A DNA stretch of 64,000 bases from the human T2T-CHM13v2.0 reference genome, Homo sapiens. This document shows positions 41,078 through 60,332 of the stretch, one piece after another. The stretch's first letter is position 1; every line of letters starts with the position of its first letter. The position numbers and the translations under genes are program-made. Location: assembly GCF_009914755.1 (NCBI RefSeq), contig NC_060943.1, one strand, 5' to 3'. The notes under the pieces are model-generated. The model searched no databases. It was not told the DNA's origin and saw only the letters and a program-made list of their open reading frames with translations.

Positions 41078-41565
41078 GTTGGTATTGGGTAAAATTAAGC
41101 CCAGTGAAGGCTTTCGTTAGTTCCCTCTATAAATTAATTTATCATTTGAATGAACTTTGGGCACCTGGAGATGCAATCGTGAACAAACAGACTGACATTT
41201 TTGCCCCAGGGGAGCTTAAATTCTAAGAGAGGAAACAAAGAGGAAAGACACAAGAAAAATGTGTAGTAAGTCTCATGGTGATAAGTAATTGACAGAAAAA
41301 TACATAGCAAACAGGAGTAGGAGTGCTGGAGGTTGCAAGATTTTAAAGGGTGGTCAGGATAGGTCTCATTGAGGACTGACAGCTGTGTCGACTTGAAGGT
41401 GGTGAGGGGGTGAGCCATGCAGATATTTAGAGGAAAGAACTTCCAGCTGGATGCGGTGTTTCACGCCTGTAATCCCAACATTTTGGGAGGCTGAAGCAGG
41501 CGGATCACCTGAGGTCAGGAGTTCGAGACCAGCCTGGCCAACATGGTTAAGTCCTGTCTCTACTA

Positions 41566-41931
<366 letters not shown>

Positions 41932-42453
41932 CTACCCTGGGCAGGTCCCCAGTGCCCCACTTCCCATGCAAAAGGCTTAGGTGCCTGCGCTTCTCTAGTG
42001 CAAGAGCTTGGTGGTCAGGCCAGCATATTTTCTGCTTCACCAGGCACAGCTGGGGCTGGCCACAGAGGCTGTCCCTGGGCAGTGGAGGCAACTCTCCGCT
42101 GGAGCCTCTCTGTGCACACACCTGGCTGCTGCCTTGGAGTGCAGGCTGGGCCCCTTTAAGTCCTTCCCTGGGAATCCTGGAGCTGCCTAGACTTGGCCTC
42201 CTCTCAGAAGGTTCGGCTGGGAGCCACTGCTTCTGGGAATGGCTAATTTGGGAGCCGCACTGCAAGGCAGTTGTGTGAGGGGTGGGACTCACATGGACCT
42301 TGTCCCTGTTTGGCCCTTAAACTGTGAAAGCTGACTTGCTACAGAGCAGTGATGGCCCTTGTTTTTCACTGGCCACCTAGGGCAAGGCCTGGGAGCCTCC
42401 TCCTCTGTGAGCCCTGTTGTTCTGGGGTTGGACCGTGGGATGTAGGAATGTAG

Positions 42454-42669
<216 letters not shown>

Positions 42670-43445
42670 TAGAGACGGGGTTTCACCATGTTGGCCAGGT
42701 TGGTCTCGAACTCCTGAGCTCAAGTGATCCGCCCGCCTCAGCCTCCCAAAGTGCTGGGACTACAGGCGCAAGCTATCCGCACCCAAACTGGGATCTAATC
42801 TATTTCTTGCAAAAAAGGAAAAGAAAGAGGCCTACCTGAAGCTGAAGCAAGGATGAGCCTGCTGCATTTGACTTGCTCTGAATCAATCAACATGAGAAGC
42901 CTGAGGCCAGGCTTCCCCGAGGCCTGCCCCAGGTAGGGTTTACCCCCCTCTCCAGCAGGCCTCAGTGTCCTGGAGTGGGCAGAACAGCAAAGCCCAGGGG
43001 CTGGGAGAGCCAGGGCAGGGGCGCGGCCACCTTGCAGGCTCTTCTCCAGGGGACCATGCATGGTGGGAACCCCTGAGGGGCCTCTGCCCATGGCCTAGGA
43101 GACCTCATCCCATGGCACTCTTGCTTGTTAGTGGGAAGCAGACGTGATGGGTGAGCTGTGCCATTTGTTTTCAGTGTACTCTGTGAGCTTTGGCCAGAAA
43201 CAGGCTCAGGGACGCAGGAGGGCACCTAGCACCTGCATCAATCTGCTTCACACCCCTGCTTTGTTCAGAAATCTTGCCTACTTGCGTCTCATGGTTCTGT
43301 AAAAGTTGGGTGTTCTCAGGATGTCAGGGAGTCATCCTCTTAGTCCCACAATTTTACTCGGCACAGAACAATGGATGGGGCGGGACACTCACCCCCATCC
43401 TCCCAACTGTCAAGGGGCTTGCCACGCATGTCCTCAGGACCCCCA

Positions 43446-43504
43446 TGGCAGGAGACATGAGCTGGCAGGAGACATGAGCTGGCAGGAGACATGAGCTGGC
43501 AGGA
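43446..43504 (+). repeat. Perfect 17-bp tandem repeat (TGGCAGGAGACATGAGC) x3.5
   Basis: Direct reading. Confidence 0.95.
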
Positions 43505-43512
43505 CCTGCTTA

Positions 43513-43963
<451 letters not shown>

Positions 43964-44031
43964 CTAATGGCATGCCTGGATCACCTCTGACCAGCACCTC
44001 CTTTCTGCTCTTTTAAAATATCCCATGTCAG

Positions 44032-44208
44032 TGCGAAAGATGTGACAGGCCTTTCTCCATCTTCAAGAGTGACACCTCTTCTGAAATGTTCACCCAATGC
44101 GTGTTCTGCCGGATAGATACAAGGGGCTTGCCAGCAGATACTTCATCGTCATCATCATCATCGGAAAGGGAGAACTCACCGCCGCCAAGGGGAAGCAAGG
44201 ATGACTGA
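44032..44208 (+). CDS. WDR88: WDR88 terminal coding exon 11 (CERCDRPF...CVFC...SSSSSSS...SKDD*)
   Basis: atgtcag| acceptor, TGA at 44206-44208; exons sum to 1419 nt = 472 aa, matching the recalled WDR88 length. Confidence 0.93.
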   Translation, partial: CERCDRPFSIFKSDTSSEMFTQCVFCRIDTRGLPADTSSSSSSSERENSPPPRGSKDD

Positions 44209-44411
44209 CAGCCACAGGCCCCTTTGAGTGACTCCAGCACAGGCTACCTAGCATGTAGGTTTCGGGGCTTTGCAGGGGCTTTCTCTTGGGCCCCTCCCAG
44301 GCTCAGCAGGCCTGTCAGACTGGGGCAGGACCCAAGCCCTGGCTGGACTCAGCACAGTGCCACCTCCTCAGCTCTCAGCTTGGGGAGTGAACACTTTCCG
44401 TTTTCATGCAG

Positions 44412-44417
44412 AATAAA
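44412..44417 (+). terminator. WDR88: WDR88 polyadenylation signal AATAAA
   Basis: AATAAA about 200 nt after the stop, with U/GU-rich sequence downstream. Confidence 0.8.
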
Positions 44418-45692
44418 TCTAATTCCTTTGGAAAACAAGCGTGCATGTGCATCTGAAAAGCAGTCTTGCTATTTCTAAGCTTTATGTCTTGGTGCTCATC
44501 CTGTTTGATTCTTGGAACACATATTAGACTCACATTGTGGAGTCTGGAGTTGCCCTGTAAGGTGACCTGTGGGGGCTGGCACCAGCAGTTCTGGAGAGTT
44601 TGTCAAATGAGTATGACAAGGTGTGGGGCCCCCTCTGTGGACGTGATGGCAAGACACAATGAGTGCCTCCCTGGCTAATGCTCCCAGATGGCCACTTGCC
44701 CGGAGCAGAGGACGGTTTGGTTAGGCAAGGGGGTGGCGGTGGCATTGCCATCACGGGATGTCTCACGCTTTCTCCTCTAGACGTCTTAATTTCCAGAACC
44801 CCTTGCTTATGTGCAGCCCTCTTCCTGCTGCCACGGCATTTTGCACAGCGTGCATCAATCCAGAAATAGGCTGAGATAGGAGCTTAGTTTCCTATTGCAC
44901 ACCATGCTGGGTGAACCTTTCTGTGCATGCTGCAGGGATGCTGGGTGGATGGGTTGGCAGTGTTCGGCTTCGTAGTTGCCCACAGGCCCTCTGGAAAGTG
45001 CGGAGACCAGTGGCTGGTGTAGTTGCGTGAGGACACCCAGAAGGGGTCAGTGAGAAACTAGGGAGGGGAGGGCCTTGCCTGCTCTGGCAGCAGAAACCCC
45101 TCCATGTAAGGTGTTGGTGCTCCACGCCAGCAGCCTGGGAACCCTGAAGTCCACGATCCCTCCTGAGCCTTCCGGACCCCTCGACTTTCCCCCAGCTCAG
45201 GATCCGCGGAAGTAGCGACTCAACTGAAGTTATAGTCCCGGGAGCTGGCAGGGCCCCGGGTCTTCTCAGGCTGAGGTCGCGGGGCAGAATGGTCCGAAGC
45301 TCACCGGGGTCACAGTCGGACCGAGGCGGGTGTGCGCCTCGACCGGACGCCAGGGGAGCCAGCAGCCCGGCCGCGCTGGCGGGGCCGGGGGTTCTCCGGA
45401 GTGGGTAGGGGCTCGACCGCACTGCCCTGAGTCCCAAGCCCTGCACCAGCGTTCCCCAAAGGCGGAGCGTCCTGGCTCCACGTTGGAAGAGACATTACCG
45501 TGACCAGGAAGTCTGGCCTTCCCAGGCTCCGCCCGCTCCGTGCAGCCCAAGCTTCCGGTCTCAGTCTCAGCTGCCTGTGTGAATCGGAAGCTACACTACG
45601 CGTGCGCCACAACAGGCCGAATGTGTGCGCATGCGCGCGGCCCATATGGTAAATAGTAATGAAGAATAGTTTAGGAAAGTACCTGTACGGGT

Positions 45693-45766
45693 GGCGCCGT
45701 GGCTTAGTTGGTTAAAGCGCCTGTCTAGTAAACAGGAGATCCTGGGTTCGAATCCCAGCGGTGCCT
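45693..45766 (+). tRNA. TRT-AGT1-3: tRNA-Thr, anticodon AGT (Thr-AGT-1 family)
   Basis: GGCGCCG/CGGTGCC acceptor stem, A box TGGCTTAGTTGG, anticodon stem CCTGT/ACAGG with AGT at 45727-45729, B box GGTTCGAATCC; 74 nt. The copy number in the symbol is from recall. Confidence 0.97.
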
Positions 45767-45791
45767 CAACCGAGCGTCCAAGCTCTTTCCA

Positions 45792-45796
45792 TTTTT
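45792..45796 (+). terminator. Pol III terminator (T5) of tRNA-Thr
   Basis: TTTTT 25 nt after the discriminator base. Confidence 0.85.
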
Positions 45797-47049
45797 GCTC
45801 CTGCACTTTTGTGCTCTGTACCCGGCTGCCCGATACTATGAGGGTGTGAGCGGGATCCCGAGAGGCCTAGGTAGACGGGCCCCCCAACGGGGCGTGGCCT
45901 CGGCCACGGGGGCGGGTGCAGGCGGGCTTCGGACTCCACCTTCTCGGGTCTCAGGCTCTGTGGGGCGTAGGCGGCGCGGGGACCCAGGCGACCGCGGTTG
46001 CCATGGTGCTGGCTGGCCGTGGGAGGCGAGCGGCGGGCTGGGAAGCAGCTGTGCGAGTCCAGCGAGGAGCCGGTGTTCGCCCCGAGGCTGCTTCCTCAGG
46101 GCGGGCGGTGGACGCGCTCTCCCACGCCGCCTTCTGTGGCGTGGGTTCCTCGCGCTAGTCTTCCTGGCTCCAAGCTGCCACTTGGGGGAGCCCACGCGGG
46201 TGCCGATCCTCGACGTTCGCCGGGCTTAGCTGAGCCTCGCAAAGGCCTGAAGATTGCCCGTCTCCCTGCAGCCGCGCAGTGGGTGCAGCCTTTTCACAAA
46301 TGCAAGACCTGGACCGGCGGCGAGGCCAAGGGGACCCCGTGTGGAGGGATGCGGGACTGAGTCCGGTTAGCGTGATCCTCAGTCCGATGACTGCGTGGAA
46401 ACTCCAGGCCAGGCAGGGGACTCTGCCCCAGCTGCAGACGGCCGGGTGTGGGCTGAAGCCAGCTGCCTGGGCTGGGGTTGGTTGCTCAGCGCTGGGGTTC
46501 TACCCACATTTGTATGTGGGAACCTATTCCTGAGCAAGTGCATTCGAGGCTTTGGGGGTGGTGGGGTAGGGTGGGGTGAGGCATTGGAGTTTTTACAAAC
46601 ATTCTCCAGGGATTCACATGTCAAACCCGACAGGACAGTCCCAGTGCAGAAATTGCAGTCATGGCATAGGCTGTGTAGTCAAATTCACCTGCCCCAGAAG
46701 CAGTTCCTCTTCCTGCCTCTTCTATGGATCTGGGTTTATTGTTTTTGTTTGTTTGTTTATTTCTGTCGTTTTCTAGTCAATTCTCGCGCTTTTGTATCTT
46801 GGTTGTTTTTGACTGACATTGCCTAGGAAAGCTTGTAAGGAGACTTTGACGTTTTGCAGTGCTGATAGGAGCGTTCACCTGGATCCAATTAGGGATGAAT
46901 TTATTGGAAACTGGGCTTGCGTCATTGTGGAGCTGGTTTATTTCTGGCTCATACTTACGCCACTGCAATCCAGCCTGGGCGACAGAGCGAGATTCCATCT
47001 CGAAGAAAAAATAAAAATTAAAAAGTCCCTCATTGGATACAGGGTTTGA

Positions 47050-48880
<1,831 letters not shown>

Positions 48881-49790
48881 TGCCTTTGATGTTTAAATGT
48901 GGCTCCTTAAAGCAGCCCTCTTGCCTGACTGTCTTGACTGTCTTATTACTGCTGATTGCTTGTTTGATTTTTGGGCAGATTCTGAATTGTGCAAATTGGG
49001 ATGGTGAATGATAACTTTGATCTTAAAGGGAAAAAAAGGACAACTTACAAACAAGAAAAAGATATCTACAACACATATAAGTGACAAAATAATTTTTAGC
49101 AGAGGAAGGGCCCAAGGGGTATAGCAAAGCAGTGAAAATTACCGCATTCTATCAGAATCTGAAAAGCTGGGTTATGAACAATCCCAGCCTTCAGTATTTA
49201 TCCAAAATAAATGAAAACAACGTCCATAAGAAAATGCCACAGATGCTCTCAATACAATAGTAAAAAACTAGGAACAGCCCAGGTGTCCACAGGAGATGAA
49301 TAAACTGTGGGTTATCCAGGCAATGGACCACTACACAGCAAGAGAAAGGGATGGGATGCTGACACTTACACAGACGTGGGTGGAATCTCACGTCGTGTAC
49401 AGTGAAACAGTACATCATTTATGATTTCACTTACATAAAGCTCTAGGAAATGCAAATTAATCTATAGTGACAGCAGAGCAATGGTTGCATAGGTGGCAGA
49501 GATTGATTTCTTGAAAATGGGTACAAAAAGACCTTCGAGGGGTTGATGGAAATGCTCTTTATTTTGTAGGAGTTTGGGTGTGTGTTTATCAAAACTCATT
49601 AAATTGTATGCTTAAGATCTATGCATTTCACAGCACAAAAGTCAATCTAATCTAAATAAAAATATTAAAGGCCGGGCACAGCGGCTCATACCAGTCATCC
49701 CAGCAGTTTGGGAGGCCAAGGCGGGTGGATCACTTGAGCTCAGGAGTTCAAGACCAGCCTGGCCAACATGGCAAAACCCTGTCTCTACTA

Positions 49791-49943
<153 letters not shown>

Positions 49944-50295
49944 CTAACTCAAAATAAAATAAAATAAAAAATAAAATAAATGAATAAAAAGAGTTCAAGA
50001 CTGGCCTAGTCAACATAGCAAGACTTCCTCTCTCTAAAAAAAACTTAAAATAATAAAAGTCATGTTGACAGCAGTCTGGTTCGTCTTCCCAGCCTGTCCC
50101 CACCAGCTCCACGTGGATTTAACTATTTCTTGCACATGGCCTGTGCTCTTCCAGTAGGGCAGAGCCTGCATTTGTTGGGCGGTGGACTGTCCCATTTCCC
50201 TCTGTTTCTACCTCCCATGCAACTGTGGCCTGAAGGGCTCCAGACAGGGAAAGAGAGGTTTCATCTGCGCTAGGAGGGCAGAGATACGCACATAC

Positions 50296-50823
<528 letters not shown>

Positions 50824-51670
50824 TAAAGACAGGGTTTCACTCACTTTGTCGTCCAGTCTGGAGTGTGGTGATTCAATCACGGCTCACTGCGGCCTCTAAC
50901 TCCAGGGCTCAAGCCATCCTCCTGCCTTAGCCTTCCGAGTAGTGGAGACTACAGGCATGAGCCACCATGCCAGGGTAATTTCTAATTTTTTTGTAGAGAC
51001 AGGGTACTGCTATGTTGTTCAGGCTGGTCTTAAACTCCTGGGCTCAAGTGATCCTCCCGCTTGGGCCTCCCAAAGCACTGGGATTGCAGTCATCAGCCAC
51101 TGCGCCTGGCCAGTGATGGGTGAGTTTTATAAATCAAAATGTAATGGTGAATGTATTTGTACAAACTATATTTACAAGATTCTATCATTTAATTTAAAAG
51201 GTTGACTGGTGTGGAAACAGAAACATCATTTCGCACCACATTTTATTTCCTACAGTCAATTAGATTATACTTTAATACAAAAAACTAATTAAAATTTAAT
51301 CGAACTTTAGCAAACATGGGATGTCTATGAAGTGTAAGACAATTTACTACATGTTCTGGGGGCTGAACAGGAGCGTGCTTTTGGTTTCTACCAGAAGCGG
51401 TCTCTCCCTGCCGCACGTCCGCCCCTGAAAAGAATGCCTAGGATAGGCAAATTCAGGCAGGCGGGGAGAGAAGGGTGGTGTTGGAATTAGTGTGGACTGA
51501 CTTTCAGCATTGTTTTGTTCTTCACTGATCTGTGCCTCTGAGATAATGTAACACCTTCTTCTGAATTTAGAGTGGCTCCTAAGAAGCAGTTGTGATCAGT
51601 TATTTAAAAAAATAAAATGATGCCAAACTGGACACTGGCTGGGCTTACTATGCTGTGTATGGCAGATCAC

Positions 51671-51897
51671 CTGGGGCACGTGTGCGTATCTGGGATTGAA
51701 TTGCATAAGCAGGTTGGGAGCCTTGCTTTAAGGATGGGTTGGAGGCCAGCTGATTCTCCAGGAGCCTGTCTGCTCTTGAATTCCTCAGCAGAGCTTCTCT
51801 GGCTCAGTCCCACAGGCACACAGCTAAGGGTGACTGCAGGCTTCGGGGTGGACATCTGGGATGGCTGCCCAGCAGGTGATGTTCAGTAAATCCACAC
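51671..51897 (-). pseudogene. Candidate exon (227 nt, phase 2 to 1, one TGA)
   Basis: cttgattctcctag| acceptor; CAG|GTGATC donor. Confidence 0.45.
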
Positions 51898-52018
51898 CTA
51901 GGAGAATCAAGCCCTGGAGACGGCCAGGCTGATCAGATTCCTCTGATGCTGGAGTGCGCACCTCTGATTTCCCTCTTTCAGTGAATCCCAAAGCTCTTTT
52001 TTTTTTTTTTTTAGATGA

Positions 52019-52165
<147 letters not shown>

Positions 52166-52184
52166 TAGTAGAGATGGGGTTTCA

Positions 52185-53603
<1,419 letters not shown>

Positions 53604-54413
53604 TCACTCAGGCTAGAGTGCAGTGGTGTGATCCCTCGGCTCACTACAACCTCTGCCTTGCAGATTCAGGCGATTCTCCTGCCTCAGCCTCCTGAGTAGC
53701 TGGGACTACAGGCGTGCACCACCATGCTAGGCTAATTTTTGTATTTTTAGTAGAGATGGGATTTCACCATGTTGGCCAGGCTGATCTCGAACTCCTGACC
53801 TCAAGTGACCTGCCCACCCTGACCTCCCAAAGTGCTGGGATTACAGGTGTGAGCCACCGTGCCCAGCCTACTTTATTTTCTTTTTAAAAAATTTAATTCA
53901 TGTTTCATAATAATCCTCTCCCTCCCCCCTTTTAGAGACAGGGTCTTACTCTGTCCCTCAGGCTGGACTGCAGTGGTGCAATCATGGCTCACTACAGCAT
54001 TGAACTCCTGGGCTCAAGCTATCCTCCTACCTCAGCCTCCTGAGTAGCTGGGACTACAGACATGCACCACTGTGCCTGGCTATTTTTTTTTTTTTATAGA
54101 GATGGGGGTCTCACTAAGTTGCCCAGGCTGGTCTCAAACTCCTGAGCTGAAGTGATCCTCCTGCCTTGGCCCTCTAAAGTGCTGGGACTACAGGCGTGAG
54201 CCACCATGCCCAGCCCTTTCCCCCTTTGTAATGTTGTTTCATTTGGTTTGGGCCAACATAACACTGTTCTTAAATAATATAAAAATGAATGGATTTAAAT
54301 ACAGTGATTAAGTTCATAATAAAGATGGGCTGTCTGTGGTGGTGGAGGGGCCCACGGAGCTCCAGCAAGTGGGTAGCACTGCCTGCTTCCTATTGCATCC
54401 CCCAGGGAATCCC

Positions 54414-54416
<3 letters not shown>

Positions 54417-54465
<49 letters not shown>

Positions 54466-54485
54466 TTTCTCTCTCTCTCTCTCTC
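54417..54485 (+). repeat. (TG)n followed by (CT)n microsatellite
   Basis: Direct reading. Confidence 0.95.
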
Positions 54486-54725
54486 AGGGCTGGTGGTCTT
54501 GCTACCAGACACCTGGAGCCCCTCTGCCAGCTGCTTTGAGCTTGGCTGAAAGTGAGCTTGGTCTGCTCCTCTCACCTGCTATGATTAAGGAGGGGCCACT
54601 CCTTGGGACGGAGGGGCTTGTCCATGGCTTTCTTCATCCACCCCTCCAGCCTTGCATTCCCACAATCTGTACTTAGGCCTCGAGACTCAGGCTGTCTCAG
54701 GGTGTCACCTTTATTCCTGTGGCTC

Positions 54726-55426
<701 letters not shown>

Positions 55427-55457
55427 GGCACCAACAGGGTTAAATAACAAACCTTAC

Positions 55458-55648
55458 CTGTTAGCCCATCTTGGGGTTTCTGATGTGCTTGGCTTCATTA
55501 ATAATTTAGTGAGGTGGACGAGATTGGACTGACTCTCCCCCAAATCAATACACAAATGATTATTGCTTGAGGGTACTTCTGAGTGCTTCAGCAAGACCGA
55601 GGGAGCTTTTTGGTTGAAAATGGGAACTGCACTCAGCACTGGAAGTTC
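55458..55648 (-). pseudogene. Candidate exon (191 nt, phase 0 to 2, open: ELPVLSAVPIFNQK...TPRWANR)
   Basis: ccttctctgcag| acceptor; CAG|GTAAGG donor. Confidence 0.55.
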
Positions 55649-56194
55649 CTGCAGAGAAGGTTATGTAAACCAAGGGGCGACCTGCTGCTAACATTTTCAT
55701 TGCAATAAAACACTTTTTTTTTGGAATGGTGCTTTTATGACATACTTACTATCACCGTTTCAGGCCTATAATTTTAAAATTACTGCACAATATTGAAGGT
55801 GAAATGATTTTACTGCCGCTGGTCTATTAAGGTTCTAGGAACTGGCTGCAGCTTGGAGAGTGTCTATGGCTGGATGCACTTGGACACACCGTGCCGACTG
55901 CCCTGGACGTGCCTGCAGACACAGCAGGCTGGATGGGTGCACTGTGGCTGGGTGTGTCTGGGCACTCCCACAGGCGAGCAGGCATTCAGCTCTGAGCTTT
56001 GCAGTTCCCACCTGGACTGACCAAACTCTACCAGCCCTCCTGCCCCCTGCCCCCCCGCCACTGCCCCGGGATTGCAGAAATGCTAGGAAGCTGCACTGAA
56101 GTCAAAGCAGCAACCCCGGCCAGCTGTCCCACCCCACTGAACTCAGGAGGAAATGCTGTGATTGCTACCATATATGTTGCCAGTTTATTTGTAG

Positions 56195-57960
<1,766 letters not shown>

Positions 57961-57991
57961 GATATTTTTAATTCAAATAAACCTTAGCACC

Positions 57992-58357
57992 TGTATTAGT
58001 CCGTTTTCACACTGCTGTTAAAGACATACCCGAGACTGGGTAATTTATAAAGGAAAGAGGTTTAATGGACTCACAGTTGCATACGGCTGGGGAGTCCTCA
58101 CAGTCATGGTGGAAGATGAAGGAAAAGCAAAGAGACTTCCTACATGTCAGCAGGCAAGAGAGGACTTGTGCAGGGGAACTCCTCTTTATAAGACCATCAC
58201 ATCTCATCAGATTCATTCACTATCACAAGAACAGCATGGGAAAGACCCACCCCCATCATCCAATTACCTCCCACCAGGTCCCTCCCACAACACTTGGGAA
58301 TTGTGGGAGTTACAGTTCAAGATGAGATTTGGATGGGAACACAGCCAAACCATATCA
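57992..58357 (-). mobile_element. THE1-family MaLR solo LTR, full length
   Basis: tgtattagtccgttttcac...aaagacatacccgagactggg...cagccaaaccatatca; near-TSD gcacc/acacc. Confidence 0.9.
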
Positions 58358-59009
58358 ACACCCTTTCTCAAAAGCTCCATTTTTTCTCTTCTTTTCTTTC
58401 TTGTCCTTTCACCATCTTACTCCAAAGTTGGACATTAACTTCTGTTCAGAAATCCCACAGTCACAGGCCCTCATGTTAATTTCTACCCAAATGGCTGAGC
58501 TTTTCAAATGTCATTGGAGAAACATGGATTTTAATGTATACGATGGCCGGGTGCGGTGGCTCACTCCTGTAATCCCAGCACATTGGGAGGCCAAGGCGGG
58601 TGGATCATTTGAGGTCAGGAGTTCAAGACCAGCCTGGTCAACATGGTGAAACCTCGTCTCTACTAAAAATACAAAAATTAGCTGGGCATGGTGGTGCATG
58701 CCTGTAATCCCAGCTACTCAGCAGGCTGAGGCAGGAGAATCATTTGAACCCAGGAGGCAGAAGTTGCAGTGAGCCAAGATCACGCCATTGCACTCCAGCC
58801 TGGGTGACAGAATGAGACTCTGTCTCAAACAAACAAACAATAATAAAAAAATGTATACGAGAGCAAAATAGCCATTTAGAAGACATCATCCTGTGAGGCA
58901 CCTCTGCTAGGGTTCCGGGAGGGATCAAGGCTACAACAAACCATGATCACACCACTGCGCAAAGCATTTCAGGACAGTTTCTGCCCAAGGAGAGACTGGG
59001 CAGACAGAC

Positions 59010-59159
59010 CTTCCTCTTTCACTGCTGGCCCCAGGTGCTTGCAGTTCTCTCCAAGGGGGCCCTGGAGACCTGGGGGTCCATCAGTATGTCCATGTGCTGG
59101 AGCGGCTGCTGGCAGGATCAAGAACTTCCCTCCAAACGCTCTCTGGCTTGACTATTCGC
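59010..59159 (-). pseudogene. Candidate exon (150 nt, symmetric)
   Basis: ctaatttctatccttctgcctgttccatcag| acceptor with branch point and tract; AAG|GTCTGT donor; two TGA in phase 0. Confidence 0.45.
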
Positions 59160-59209
59160 CTGATGGAACAGGCAGAAGGATAGAAATTAGCTCTGGGGGA
59201 AGCGGAAAC

Positions 59210-59620
59210 ATTCTGAGGCCAGAGCAAGCTGGTGATGAGTGGGGCTTGGAGAAGGTGGCAGGCAGGGCTGTTCACAGGATCATGCAGCTTGAGCTAAAAA
59301 CTTTGAAGTCTGTTCTGGAGCATTTTCAGCAGTGGGGATGAACCAATTTGCATGTTAAAAACGTGAGCAATGAATTGAGAGGCAAGGGACCACATGGAGG
59401 GAGGCCTCTGTGGAGGTCCAGGAGACAGGAGATGGTGGCTGGGACCAGGGAGGTGGTCACGGTGATGGAGAAAGGTGGGTAGATTTGAGATACATCATGG
59501 GGACCAGCAGGTTGTAGTGATGGATTGGATGTAGGGAGATTGGAGTAAAAATGATCAACTCAGTAATGGACGTGGCCATGAACTGAGTAGGGCACAGTAG
59601 AGAAGGGGCAGATGTGGGGG
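59210..59620. mobile_element. L2 fragment
   Basis: gtccaggagacaggagatggtggctgggaccaggg...ggagaaaggtgggtagatttgagatac, typical L2 text. Confidence 0.7.
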
Positions 59621-60332
59621 TGAGGGGTGTCTGGTCTATGGCTCAGCTAGAATAATGAGAGGTTTGCCCTCTTGGAAGTCACCTGTGATAAACTTGGGCA
59701 TAAAGGTGATCATAAAACAATTTTTTTCAGTTTTATTTGCCAAAGCCACTTTTGGCCTTTGACCTTCAAATAGATTGTAGGATTTTTGTTGTTGTTGTTT
59801 TTGAGACAGAATCTCACTCTGTTGCCCAGGCTGGAGTGCAGTGTGCGATCATGGCTCATCGCAGCCTCAAACTCCTGGGCTCAAGCAATCCTCCCACCTC
59901 AGCTTCCTGAGTAGCTCAGACTACAGACGCATACCACCACACCCAGCACATTAAAAATTTTTTTTTTGTAGAGCCAGGGTCTTGCTGTGTTGCCCAGGCT
60001 GGTCTCGAATCCTGGCCTCAAGTGATCTGCCCACCTCGGCCTCCCAAAGTGCTGGGATTACAAGTGTAAGCCACTGTGCCTGGCTGGTTCTAGTTATTTG
60101 AAATCAGGAAAGACACTGACCATTCAACACAGAGTCCTCTTCATTAGTGTCTGGTAAGCAACTGGATAAGAGAGCGCTTGAGTTTGCATCTGCCTGTGGG
60201 TGAATGTTGGGGGAGGATGTGGGACTCTCCTGTGTCATTGGTTTCTTCTGTGTCCCACGAGGGCTCGGGGTATGTGGCTGATGAGTGGGCAATGGTGGTG
60301 GCCCTCTCGTATGGGATGGAGTGGGGACTTAC

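Larger units (their letters stand above)
45150..46460. promoter_or_regulatory. CpG island surrounding the tRNA, with Pol II promoter motifs
   Basis: High CpG density; NRF1 TGCGCATGCGCG at 45626-45637; ETS CCGGAAG-type motifs (e.g. near 45552); X-box-like GTTGCCATGGTGC at 45997-46009. Confidence 0.75.

Noticed and set aside
43446-43504. CRISPR-like direct repeats
   Set aside because: No spacers, mammalian DNA; simple tandem repeat.
45642-45649. CArG box
   Set aside because: CCATATGG has only 4 A/T between CC and GG; SRF needs 6.
44892-46360. ORFs of 110-184 aa around the tRNA
   Set aside because: GC-rich CpG-island artefacts with non-ATG or arbitrary starts.
58943-59341. 132-aa ATG-initiated plus-strand ORF
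   Set aside because: Its 3' part is L2 sequence, and the local splice signals favour the minus strand.
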